In this document: piece after piece, positions 9,303 to 18,219 of the stretch
Position numbering within the stretch: the stretch's first letter is position 1
Layout of the letters: each line of letters starts with the position of its first letter
Assembly (NCBI GenBank): GCA_021825235.1
Contig: JAKAIL010000001.1
Span: 1 to 51,818, forward strand
Direction of reading: 5' to 3'
From: Bacteroidota bacterium
Lineage (GTDB): Bacteria > Bacteroidota > Ignavibacteria > Palsa-1295
Length of the DNA stretch: 51,818 nt
The notes under the pieces: generated by a model
Database searches by the model: none
Seen by the model: the letters and a program-made list of their open reading frames with translations, nothing else
What the model was told of the DNA's origin: nothing
Position numbers and translations under genes: made by a program

Positions 9303-10094
9303 GTGAACGACTCTCTCTTACATTTATACGAACTTCAGAAAGTGGACCGCCAACTCGACGATTTAGTCGAAAGCCGAGGCGAATTACCCGACCGCGTAAA
9401 TGAAATGCGCGCGCAGGTACAGGATCAGCGGCAGCAAGTCGAACAAATTCGCAGGGACGTCCATGAAGTAGAATCCAATTCGAAAAAGCTTACTGGTGAC
9501 ATTGTAGAACTCCGCGAAAAAGTCGATCGGTATAAGGCGCAGCAATTCGATGTGAAGACGACGCGCGAATACGATGCGATCACCTTCCAGCTCGAAGATG
9601 CTCAGCGCCGGCTGCATACCAATATGGAGGCGGTTTCACGCATGGGCATCGAGCTCGAACAGTTGAAAATGGACGAGCAACAAATGTCGCAGGACCTGTC
9701 CGATATGGAAACGGAGCTCGGTGAAGCAGAGACCGCGCTATCGGAAGTTCTCGCCAACACGGAAGAGCAAGAGAAAGAATTACTCAAACGCCGGGAAGAA
9801 CTCGCCAGCCATGTACAGCCCTTCCACATGACGATCTATAACCGCGTGCGGCCGGCCAAAGGTGGTATAGCGGTCGTCTCCATCAAGAATGGCGTGTGCG
9901 GCGGGTGCTTCAATGCGGTCCCGCGCCAACTGGTTCTTGAATTGCGTAAGGGCGATAAACACGCAGTGTGCGAATACTGCGGCCGTATTATTGTTGGTGA
10001 ACCTATTGCAATCGCCGTCGATGGCGAACCCGAACCGGTAACGTACGATGTAGAAAGCGAAGAGTTCGAATCCGGCGAAGAGAATGAAGAGTAG
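9303..10094 (+). CDS. COG1579-type coiled-coil protein with C-terminal C4 zinc ribbon
   Basis: GTG start. LYELQKVDRQLDDL... opens a long coiled-coil region, followed by CGGCFNAVPRQLVLELRKGDKHAVCEYCGRIIV (two CxxC pairs). It sits directly after the NIF3 gene, a common gene pair. Confidence 0.8.
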   Translation: MNDSLLHLYELQKVDRQLDDLVESRGELPDRVNEMRAQVQDQRQQVEQIRRDVHEVESNSKKLTGDIVELREKVDRYKAQQFDVKTTREYDAITFQLEDAQRRLHTNMEAVSRMGIELEQLKMDEQQMSQDLSDMETELGEAETALSEVLANTEEQEKELLKRREELASHVQPFHMTIYNRVRPAKGGIAVVSIKNGVCGGCFNAVPRQLVLELRKGDKHAVCEYCGRIIVGEPIAIAVDGEPEPVTYDVESEEFESGEENEE

Positions 10095-10095
10095 T

Positions 10096-10597
10096 AAGGA
10101 ACTGCCATCGGGCAACCGCTCGCTTCGATGAGCAATCATCCGCGGGAGGAAAGTCCGAACTCCAAGCGATGAGCGATCATCGCGAGAGCAGCGTGCCGTC
10201 CGAGGAAAGTGTTTCGGCACTTACCAAGTGCGGGGAACGGTGAATAAGATTCGTCGAAAAACCGCTCACAGCGCAGTGTCACAGAAAAGCAAACCACGTG
10301 GGGCTGGCAGCTTGCCAGCCGTAGGGCAGGCGTCCGCGCCTTCCCTCGCGTACGGATGAAACGGCGGTGTAAAAGACCACCGCTCGAAGCGTAAGCTTCG
10401 GGGCCACGATAAACCTCACGCGGAGCAAGACCACGTATGAGATCAACCCGTCATGAGCGATCATGCTGGGAATGCCTCTGCTCGAGGATACGGTCTCGGG
10501 TAGGTCGCAGAGAGTAATGGTTGCCTCCCTGCGAGACGCATGAGCAATCATGCCTCACGGGAAGACAGAATTCGGCTTACAGATGGCAGTTCCTTAA
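10096..10597 (+). ncRNA. rnpB: RNase P RNA, bacterial type A, unusually long (~500 nt)
   Basis: Perfect 14-bp P1 helix AAGGAACTGCCATC (10096-10109) / GATGGCAGTTCCTT (10582-10595). Conserved blocks are GGGAGGAAAGTCCGAACTCC (P4 5' strand), CACAGAAAAGCAAACC and AGACAGAATTCGGCTTACAG (P4 3' strand region). Confidence 0.9.
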
Positions 10598-10603
10598 TTT
10601 TTT

Positions 10604-10822
10604 AACCTGGATTACGCAGATTGGCGCTGATTTCTAAATGGGTTAGAGTGGCCGTCTGAAAATAGCGGAATGTTCGACAGTTGTGCTAAACCGTTTCGGA
10701 CCTTCCTAAAGGCGATCTAGAAAATTCTTGCCAAATTTTTGGTGTGCGGCATAAATTCGAGTAATTTTGTGTTAACCTGCGCGGCAATCCGCGTAATCAA
10801 TCCAATCTGCGTAATCCAGGTT
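10604..10822. repeat. perfect 21-bp inverted repeat pair enclosing the whole rnpB-prs spacer
   Basis: AACCTGGATTACGCAGATTGG (10604-10624) is the exact reverse complement of CCAATCTGCGTAATCCAGGTT (10802-10822). The right arm ends on the first base of the prs TTG start codon. Confidence 0.85.
10738..10769 (+). promoter_or_regulatory. candidate Bacteroidetes-type sigma-A promoter for prs
   Basis: TTTG (10738-10741), a 20-nt spacer, then TAATTTTG (10762-10769) fits the -33 TTTG / -7 TAnnTTTG consensus. It lies ~50 nt upstream of the prs start and inside the inverted-repeat-bounded spacer. Confidence 0.4.
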
Positions 10823-11748
10823 TGAGTCATCCAAAATTAGTAGCTGGCCGGAGCAATCCGCACTTCGCCGAGAGCGTTGCAGCATCGCTCAATATCCCAC
10901 TCTCCAAAGTTCGCATCAAGAATTTCGCCGATGGCGAAATTTGGGTAAAATACGATGAGAACATTCGGGGCGAGGACCTCTTTATCATTCAGTCCACCAT
11001 GCCGCCCTCGGATAATTTGTTCGAGCTGCTGATGCTAATCGATGCTGCCGTCCGTGCGAGTGCCAAGCGGATTACCGCAGTCATTCCCTATTTTGGCTAT
11101 GCTCGGCAGGACCGCAAAGATCAACCGCGCGTTGCTATAACGAGCAAACTCGTCGCTAATCTTATCGCCACGGCGGGGGCGGATAGAGTTATCACGATGG
11201 ATCTTCACGCCCCGCAGCTACAGGGATTTTTCGATATTCCGGTTGATCATCTTTACGCCTCGAACACCTTTACGAAATACTTCAAAGAAAAGCGAGTGAA
11301 GCAAATGGTTGTCGCATCGCCGGACGTAGGTGGAACAAAAATGGCCCGCTCCTATGCGAAGCGGTTCAATACTGACCTTATCGTAATCGATAAGCGGCGG
11401 CCCGCACCCAACGTCGCCGAAGTGATGAATATTATTGGCGACCCCAGCGGGAAGAATGTCATCATGATCGATGATTTAATCGATACTGCCGGAACATTTA
11501 CCAATGCGGCGTTTGCACTCAAAAAAGCCGGAGCAAAAGCCATTTATGGCGCCTGCACCCACGCCGTCCTGAGTGACGATGCGGTGAAAAAGATCGAAGA
11601 CTCTCCTATCGAATCGCTCATTATTGCGGATACCATTCCCGTACGCAATCATTCCCAAAAGATCCAAGTGCAATCGGTTGCGCCAGTCTTTGCGGAAGCG
11701 ATTAAGCGCACGCACGAAGACCGCTCGATTTCGTCTTTGTTCGAATAA
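10822..11748 (+). CDS. prs: ribose-phosphate pyrophosphokinase (PRPP synthetase)
   Basis: TTG start. KLVAGRSNPHFAESVA...FADGEIWVKYDENIRGEDLFIIQS...IPYFGYARQDRK...DLHAPQLQGFFDIPVDHL...VVASPDVGGTKMAR...IIGDPSGKNVIMIDDLIDTAGT are all the canonical Prs motifs. Confidence 0.97.
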   Translation: MSHPKLVAGRSNPHFAESVAASLNIPLSKVRIKNFADGEIWVKYDENIRGEDLFIIQSTMPPSDNLFELLMLIDAAVRASAKRITAVIPYFGYARQDRKDQPRVAITSKLVANLIATAGADRVITMDLHAPQLQGFFDIPVDHLYASNTFTKYFKEKRVKQMVVASPDVGGTKMARSYAKRFNTDLIVIDKRRPAPNVAEVMNIIGDPSGKNVIMIDDLIDTAGTFTNAAFALKKAGAKAIYGACTHAVLSDDAVKKIEDSPIESLIIADTIPVRNHSQKIQVQSVAPVFAEAIKRTHEDRSISSLFE

Positions 11749-11763
11749 AAATCCTAAAGCGTT

Positions 11764-13086
11764 TTAAGCCAAAACGGCTTTCGCCCCGTCCAGGAACTTC
11801 TGCACGTCCTCTTCCGAGGTGTAGATGTGGACGCTGAAGCGGTTTGCGTTGAGCGCTCCTTCGGGCACAACTCTCGTCCGTACCTTGTACTTTGACCGCA
11901 GGGTATTTGCGAAGTCTTGATACTGCATTTTATCGAGCTTGATCGTAGTAAGCCCGGTAACCGAAGCATCGGGCGTGAGGAACCGGAACCGCCCATCGGC
12001 AAATTGGCGGAGGCCATCGCGCAGCATCTTGGTAAGATATTTCACGCGGGCCTCCACGTTGTCCATGCCGATGTTCTGCATAAAATCGACTGCGGCGTGA
12101 AGACCGTCAAAGAGTGCGAAGTTTTGAGTGGCAAAATCGTAGCGCGATGCAGTGGGAAGGAAATCCAGGCGGCCATCGTATCCCCAATATTTATCGACTT
12201 CCGCGCCACACCAAGTCGGAATAACATGGTGCATCAGCTCCGGTTCGATATAGAGGAACCCTATCCCTTTCGGCCCGCAGAGCCACTTGTGACCGCAGGA
12301 AGCATAAGCATGGACGCCGAGATCTCGGACATCGGTTTGGAGCATTCCCGGGGGATGCGCGCCATCGGATAAGAACCAGATGGGCGCACCATTCGAGGCT
12401 GCTTTTTCGCGGGCGAGCGCCGTAAGCCGTTTGATGGGAAGAAGCTGTCCGGTTGTACACGTAATGTGTGGCATCGAAATGGCCCGCGTGCGCGGCGTAA
12501 TAGCATCGCTCACACGTTGAACAAAATCATCATCGCTATAGCCATTCGCATTCGTATCCGTCAGCGACACAAATCTAACGACAATTCCGTCCCGCTTCTT
12601 GCGCGCCAGCCACGGGATCGCATTGCCGGCATGCTCCTGATTCGTCAGCAGCACTTCGTCCCCGGCTTTGAGATCGATACCGCTGGCGACAATAGAAATC
12701 GCTTCGCTCACATTATGGGTAAAAGCCATCTGATCGCCACTTTCAGCATTCAGGAGCTTTGCAAGTGCAGTGCGGATGGCTTCATAATCACCATTATATT
12801 CGCCGGTGCGGTCCACATATTCGATGCGCTTCGTAACTCGCTCCGTAACGCTGCGTGGGCTGGGCCCCATCGTGCCGTTGTTCATGTAAATCAGTTTCTG
12901 TGTAATTGGGAACTCGCTGCGAATGGAATCCCAATACGCTTCATCGGTAGGGCTGGCACTGTTACCCGTGTGTTGATTGGGTTCTCCATTTATAGCGATC
13001 GGAACCGCTTTAGCGAGAATAGTACGGTTGGCCGTGAGGGCGGTGGAAGAAGCTAAGGTCATTTGGATAAAAGTTCGTCGGTCCAT
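11764..13086 (-). CDS. class-V aminotransferase-fold PLP enzyme (cysteine desulfurase/isopenicillin-N epimerase-like) with a Tat signal
   Basis: The N-terminus MDRRTFIQMTLASSTALTANRTILAKA has a twin-arginine motif (RRTFI). The PLP-lysine region is YASCGHKWLCGPKGIGFLY. Length and overall pattern fit the Aminotran_5 family. Confidence 0.8.
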   Translation of the reverse strand: MDRRTFIQMTLASSTALTANRTILAKAVPIAINGEPNQHTGNSASPTDEAYWDSIRSEFPITQKLIYMNNGTMGPSPRSVTERVTKRIEYVDRTGEYNGDYEAIRTALAKLLNAESGDQMAFTHNVSEAISIVASGIDLKAGDEVLLTNQEHAGNAIPWLARKKRDGIVVRFVSLTDTNANGYSDDDFVQRVSDAITPRTRAISMPHITCTTGQLLPIKRLTALAREKAASNGAPIWFLSDGAHPPGMLQTDVRDLGVHAYASCGHKWLCGPKGIGFLYIEPELMHHVIPTWCGAEVDKYWGYDGRLDFLPTASRYDFATQNFALFDGLHAAVDFMQNIGMDNVEARVKYLTKMLRDGLRQFADGRFRFLTPDASVTGLTTIKLDKMQYQDFANTLRSKYKVRTRVVPEGALNANRFSVHIYTSEEDVQKFLDGAKAVLA

Positions 13087-13206
13087 AGAAAATGGCTAAA
13101 GGATGTTGGTTCCATCACCGTAAAAATAACCGCACGGGACTGCTAATCATTCAATGTGCATTTGAGCGATGGACGAAAAGCGATGACTATCTGTTCAGAG
13201 ACCACG

Positions 13207-15066
13207 CTATTTCTTAATCAGGCGCGCTCCAAAGCCCGATCGAAGCGTTGTCTCACTAAAAACATCGATGAGATGACGCTCGGAAAGAAATTGCAGAATC
13301 TGGCGTTTTACTTCTTCCGGTGAGACGCATTCGGCAAGCAGGCGGTCCGTGAGTTCTTTACACTCGGTATAGTTGAGGAGCCGTAACCGTGCCGCAAGTG
13401 AACGGACAGCGGTTGGAGAAACAGAAATCTCGTCAATCCCGAATCCAACCAACAGAGGTGTGGCCAAAGGATAGCTCCCCAATTCTCCGCAAATGGAAAT
13501 AGGCTTTCCGCCACGCTTCGAAGCTTCGACCGTACCTCGAATCAGCTTGAGCACGGCCGGATGTAATTCCTGATACAGCGGTGCGATGAGATCATTCCCA
13601 CGGTCCACGGCGAGTGTATATTGCGTAAGATCGTTCGAGCCGATCGAAACGTAATCAACCATCGGAATAAAAGAGTCAGCCATGATGGCGGCGCTTGGAA
13701 CTTCCACCATAATACCAACCGGCATGTGTTCATCGTAGGCATCGCCAGTAGCATGGAGCATATTTCTGGCTTCCTGTAAAAAGGCGAGCGCCCGTTCGAG
13801 CTCGTCGGCCGTGGTGACCATCGGGAACATCAGCTTCACGTTTCCTCGCGCGGAGGCACGGAGAATGGCGCGGAGCTGCCCCAGAAAAAGATCCGGTTCA
13901 TCCAGCGAAATGCGTAGGCCACGCCAGCCGAGAAATGGATTGTCTTCCCGATAGGTACCACTCAAAACTTTATCACCGCCCACATCGAACGTTCGAAGCG
14001 TAACCCAAGCCGGATAAAACCGCTCGGCAAGATTCAGGTAGAGTTCGTTTTGTTCATCTTCTGTGGGAAAATCATCGTGGAGTAAAAGAAAATGTTCCGT
14101 ACGGACCAGTCCAAGTCCCAGGCGCTTTTTGCCATCGGCAGTGGCAGTAGCTTCTGATAACCGTTCTGCTTCGAGCACGGCTACTTCGCTGCCAAACTCC
14201 AGGTTCATGAGGAGCTTTACCTCTCGAGCATCGGCGGTCCTCGCCAGAGGCTCTCCCGGCTCCACAATGAGTCCCAAAGCCTCTACGCCGCTTCCGAGTA
14301 CAAAGCTTTGCTCCTGCTCATAACCGCGCTGTGTTTCCGGATCGGGACAAACGATGAGTTCCCCACGCTCACCATCGAGGATGAGCGTGTCCCCCGTCTC
14401 GATATGCTCCGCCGCCGAGTGAAGCGCTACCAGCGCCGGAATGCCCAGCGACCGCGCGAGGATTGCCACATGACTCGTAAGCCCACCCCCATCGATAGCG
14501 AACCCCAGCATGGATGACTGCGTAAATAAAATTGCATCTGCCGGGGTAAGCGACTCAGCTACCAGAATGGATGGGACCTCGAGCTTCGAAAGCCATTTCT
14601 GCCGATCGAGAAGATAACGCAGGAGACGCTGCTTAATGTCTTCCACATCATCGGCGCGTTCCCGCATCACCGGGCTTTCGCTCGCTTCGAGCATTTTCTT
14701 GTGGGCGGAAAATTCTGTATCCACCGCAAAGGCCGCTGGCTTACGCTCTTGCTTAATGCGTTGCCGAATCGTGCTCAGGATAAACTCATCGGAGACCATC
14801 ATCATCTGTGCTTCGAAGATGGAAGAGGCGGGCGTTCCTACCTTTTGCTCGGCCACACGTCGCACCTTTTCGATTTCCTGACGCGCTTTTCGTACGGCAG
14901 AATCGAATTGCTCGATTTCGTGGCCGACATCACTCAGCGCGAGTTCGTGGTCCTCCGCATACAGAAGCGCGCGGAAATAGCGATAGGCCGGGCCAATGGC
15001 AATGCCACGGCTCGCAGCGATCCCACTGAATCGCAGTGTTTCTTTTGGCTCTTTCGGACGGATCAC
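13207..15066 (-). CDS. ptsI: phosphoenolpyruvate-protein phosphotransferase (PTS enzyme I)
   Basis: The active-site His region is GGGLTSHVAILARSLGIPA. The PEP-utilising TIM-barrel motifs are MVEVPSAA and SIGSNDLTQYTLAVDR, with the C-terminal Cys loop ISICGE. There is no GAF domain, so it is EI rather than EI-Ntr. Confidence 0.95.
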   Translation of the reverse strand: MIRPKEPKETLRFSGIAASRGIAIGPAYRYFRALLYAEDHELALSDVGHEIEQFDSAVRKARQEIEKVRRVAEQKVGTPASSIFEAQMMMVSDEFILSTIRQRIKQERKPAAFAVDTEFSAHKKMLEASESPVMRERADDVEDIKQRLLRYLLDRQKWLSKLEVPSILVAESLTPADAILFTQSSMLGFAIDGGGLTSHVAILARSLGIPALVALHSAAEHIETGDTLILDGERGELIVCPDPETQRGYEQEQSFVLGSGVEALGLIVEPGEPLARTADAREVKLLMNLEFGSEVAVLEAERLSEATATADGKKRLGLGLVRTEHFLLLHDDFPTEDEQNELYLNLAERFYPAWVTLRTFDVGGDKVLSGTYREDNPFLGWRGLRISLDEPDLFLGQLRAILRASARGNVKLMFPMVTTADELERALAFLQEARNMLHATGDAYDEHMPVGIMVEVPSAAIMADSFIPMVDYVSIGSNDLTQYTLAVDRGNDLIAPLYQELHPAVLKLIRGTVEASKRGGKPISICGELGSYPLATPLLVGFGIDEISVSPTAVRSLAARLRLLNYTECKELTDRLLAECVSPEEVKRQILQFLSERHLIDVFSETTLRSGFGARLIKK

Positions 15067-15136
15067 CGTGTAGGCGTAACCTTCCTGTTATGTAGAATGA
15101 TGCGTGTAACTTCAGGCCGTGGCCGAACGGTCACGG

Positions 15137-15406
15137 CTACATTTCTTCTTCGAATCCCTTGTCAAAATAATCGACGAGTTCCTTCATGGCCTGTTCTTCG
15201 TCAGGTCCATCACACTCGAGTTCAAGCTGGCTTCCCTGCGCCGCTGCCAATGTCATGACGCCAATAATAGACTTTCCGTTAATACGGAACCCTTCCTTGA
15301 TGATGAAAAATTCAGATTCGAACTTGCTTGCAAGCTTAACAATGGCTGCAGCCGGCCTCGTGTGCAGCCCTGCGCGGTTCTTAATGGTAACGGTCCTTCG
15401 GATCAC
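15137..15406 (-). CDS. ptsH: HPr family phosphocarrier protein
   Basis: 89 aa. VTIKNRAGLHTRPAAAIV (His-15 site) and INGKSIIGVMTLAA (Ser-46 site). It lies 70 nt upstream of ptsI on the same strand. Confidence 0.93.
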   Translation of the reverse strand: MIRRTVTIKNRAGLHTRPAAAIVKLASKFESEFFIIKEGFRINGKSIIGVMTLAAAQGSQLELECDGPDEEQAMKELVDYFDKGFEEEM

Positions 15407-15575
15407 AAAAAGTAGTTGTCAGTTAACACCAGAACCCGTAAAATCTGCGCCCGGCATCCGATCAAAAAAATAACAAAACAAGAGAGCGATCCGCCGAAAC
15501 GGACCGCCCCCTGTTGCTTTGCTTCTCTGCTTCTAATGCCGCAAGTAACCATGAAATACTCGCGGCAGGACACTC

Positions 15576-15989
15576 TTAATTTTGCACGGGTGGTAATTTC
15601 GCCGCGTCATCGATCTCGCGGAGCACCACTGTGAAATCCCGATTCAGTTCCTGCGTTTGGGTAACCGGCGGCGTCGAAATGAGGACGTCCTTCGTCAGGA
15701 TCGAGTCCCCCTCCAAATGCACCCAGTATTCTTTCGCTGGCTGAAGTATGACCAAATACTTCCCGGTCGCCCTGTTCGACGTGCTCCGAGTAATTTCGCG
15801 GGCGGTGTCCCCCACTTCTCGAATGCTTACTTGTACGGATGTGGGCCGTGCTGTTTCATCCGAACGGACCGTTCCCGTCATAATAACGACCGCATGAGAA
15901 AACGTCTGGGCACGAAGATTCGCGGAAATTATAACGAACATCGCAAGGATGGCTCTAGCGCTGGCTTTCTTGAGGCTGGTGGTTACCAT
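15576..15989 (-). CDS. hypothetical secreted protein (carboxypeptidase-regulatory-like beta-sandwich?)
   Basis: Signal peptide MVTTSLKKASARAILAMFVIISANLRAQ. The segment MTGTVRSDETARP...ATGKYLVILQPAKEYWVHLEGDS resembles CarbopepD_reg-like folds. Weak call. Confidence 0.45.
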   Translation of the reverse strand: MVTTSLKKASARAILAMFVIISANLRAQTFSHAVVIMTGTVRSDETARPTSVQVSIREVGDTAREITRSTSNRATGKYLVILQPAKEYWVHLEGDSILTKDVLISTPPVTQTQELNRDFTVVLREIDDAAKLPPVQN

Positions 15990-16324
15990 GAGAATATGAG
16001 CTTGATTTAAGGTGAAAAACGACGTATGTTAATTGCGCTACAAAATTCCGAATTACGGATTGTGCCGTTGTTACGGGTATTTTTTATTTATGTTGTCTTA
16101 CTTCTTGTTCACTAAAGGCGGCACTGTTGTCTTCCGAATAGACATAGTTCCATTCGAATGCCAAGCGGGAAACAATCCGTTTTCTTCGCGTCATAACAGC
16201 CTTTTACGATTTTTTCAACTTTTCCTGAAACATTTTAAGTGCGTAGCGGAGTGTACAAATGGAGCCGGGACTGTATAGTGGCGCAGGAATGTTACCTTTC
16301 GCTTAATTCTCGTAAAGGAGCCAG

Positions 16325-17221
16325 ATGTCGAGTCATTTCGGGAACAAAATTTGGATGGGGGTGGCACTTCTTGCGTCGGGTTTTGCCGGGTGCGCTTCCG
16401 TTCCAAAGACCATTACCACGCCGCATGTGCTTATCCCATCCGCAAATGTGGAGGCTATCACCGGAATACGTTCATGGTTTGCGCACGAATCGAGCGCAGC
16501 CCGAAGCCTGTATGTCACCGGTGACATCACCGTTGACCAGGACGGCGAATCCAACTCGGCAAGCTTTTCGATGAAGAGCAAGCGGTTTCCATTGTTGTTC
16601 AGCGCTTCGTATTTCGATTCGCCTCGAAAGTCAAAACCGATAGTAACAGGAACACAAATCGATTCCCTGAGCATCGAAATAACCGGTCCCTTTGGAATCA
16701 AGGTGGCACGGTTTCTTGCTTCACCGGAACAATATGAATACTACGATATTCTCCACGGGCAGACGTTGCATGGAACGACCGACCAGCAATCGCTCGAACA
16801 ATTGACCCATCTACATGGAGTTTCGCTCCAGAGCATGAATGACTTGATATATGGATTGGCAGCAATCGATAGCAGTATAGACGATTCCATACAATATTAT
16901 TCAGACCAGGCAAACCACTTCGCTTTGGTCCTCCGCAAACCGGGTATTTTTACCGCAGCGTATGACTTTGATGGAACGCTACCTCGTGACTCTGCTAATG
17001 GGAATATTTCGCTTGTGCGCTACCGCCGCTGGGAAGGAACTCCGAAATCGCTCACGGCGGAACCGGCGCTGGATGTCCAATTTTCGGATCCGGCCTCAAT
17101 AAATGGACTGGAAATTCCACAGCACATCGAGGCTACTGCCGGCGCGAACAAACTGACGCTTCAATATGACCATGTGGAGTTAAATCCACCGGCACTTGTT
17201 GTTAAGATCAAGATGCCATAA
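16325..17221 (+). CDS. lipoprotein, possibly LolB/DUF4292-like
   Basis: Lipobox LLASGFAGC at residues ~15-23, ~300 aa, beta-rich composition. The family guess is low confidence. Confidence 0.5.
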   Translation: MSSHFGNKIWMGVALLASGFAGCASVPKTITTPHVLIPSANVEAITGIRSWFAHESSAARSLYVTGDITVDQDGESNSASFSMKSKRFPLLFSASYFDSPRKSKPIVTGTQIDSLSIEITGPFGIKVARFLASPEQYEYYDILHGQTLHGTTDQQSLEQLTHLHGVSLQSMNDLIYGLAAIDSSIDDSIQYYSDQANHFALVLRKPGIFTAAYDFDGTLPRDSANGNISLVRYRRWEGTPKSLTAEPALDVQFSDPASINGLEIPQHIEATAGANKLTLQYDHVELNPPALVVKIKMP

Positions 17222-17261
17222 GTGGCTGCAGCTGGCTACTCGTACGGACACTCGGTACTCC

Positions 17262-18038
17262 ATGATAAACATTCTTCACCTCAGTAAAAAATACGGAAAC
17301 ACAGTCGCTGTCGAGGATCTTTCGCTCGATATTGAAGCCGGCGAAATCTTTGCGCTGCTCGGCCCAAATGGCGCCGGGAAATCTTCGACCGTGAAAGTCC
17401 TTACCGGGCTTTCGCAACCGACGACTGGTAGCGTACGTATTGCCGGCTTCGATGTGGTAACTCAAACGAATGACGTGAAGCAGCGAATAGGGTATGTCCC
17501 GGAAAATGCCGTTCTCTATGAGAGCCTGACGGCCGATGAGTACCTGGACCTTTGCGGCACCCTCCGGCACATGGAACGCGCGAAGCTTGCCGAACAGCGC
17601 GAGGAACTTTTTACTCTATTCGAGCTTACGAAAGAAGATCGGAAAAAACTGCTTTCGGAATATTCGAAAGGAATGAAGCAAAAAGTCCTGCTTATCTCTG
17701 CGCTCATTCACAATCCCGAAGTGTTAATTTTGGACGAACCGCTTTCTGGGCTGGATGCCAATGCTGCGCTTATTATTAAAGAAGTGTTACGCCGCTTTGC
17801 TCACGGTTCCAGCAGTAAGACCATATTTTTCTGTTCCCATGTCCTCGATGTGGTCGAACGCCTCTGCGACCGAATTGCCATTATGAACCATGGCCAGCTT
17901 GTCGCCATTGGAACGCCGCAGGAATTACTGGAAACATCCGGTGAAGCTTCGCTGGAACGGGCATTTCACAAGCTTACCGGCGGCGCGGACATCGAGCGTT
18001 CCACCGAGGAAGTGCTAAGGGCGCTATCCCAGGAGTAG
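17262..18038 (+). CDS. ABC transporter ATP-binding protein (ABC-2/DrrA-like)
   Basis: Start at ATG 17262 (MINILHLSKKYG...). Walker A is GPNGAGKSST, signature is YSKGMKQKV, Walker B is LILDEP, and an H-loop His is present (FCSHV). No permease gene follows. Confidence 0.9.
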   Translation: MINILHLSKKYGNTVAVEDLSLDIEAGEIFALLGPNGAGKSSTVKVLTGLSQPTTGSVRIAGFDVVTQTNDVKQRIGYVPENAVLYESLTADEYLDLCGTLRHMERAKLAEQREELFTLFELTKEDRKKLLSEYSKGMKQKVLLISALIHNPEVLILDEPLSGLDANAALIIKEVLRRFAHGSSSKTIFFCSHVLDVVERLCDRIAIMNHGQLVAIGTPQELLETSGEASLERAFHKLTGGADIERSTEEVLRALSQE

Positions 18039-18093
18039 CAGGAACCCTTGGGAGAGTAATCCAATTACTTGATCCGAGTTTGAGTTTGCTCCT

Positions 18094-18190
18094 GTCATTC
18101 CCGCGAAAGCGGGAACCCGGATAGCTCACCATGACCGGATATATCGGAACTCAACAGCGAGCCCTGGATTCCGGCTTTCGCGGAAATGAC
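18094..18190. repeat. intergenic palindromic repeat element (GTCATTCCCGCGAAAGCGGGAA type)
   Basis: GTCATTCCCGCGAAAGCGGGAA (18094-18115) and TTCCGGCTTTCGCGGAAATGAC (18169-18190) are inverted copies (20/22 by hand). Each arm itself contains a CCCGC-GAAA-GCGGG mini-hairpin. Confidence 0.7.
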
Positions 18191-18219
18191 ATCGCTGGGT
18201 GGTTCTTTGAAAAAGAAAC

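Noticed and set aside
10604-10822. MITE inserted between rnpB and prs.
   Set aside because: The terminal inverted repeats are perfect, but I see no target-site duplication. The right arm supplies part of the prs start-codon context and matches a motif in front of another gene. I therefore kept it as a regulatory or structural hypothesis rather than a mobile element.
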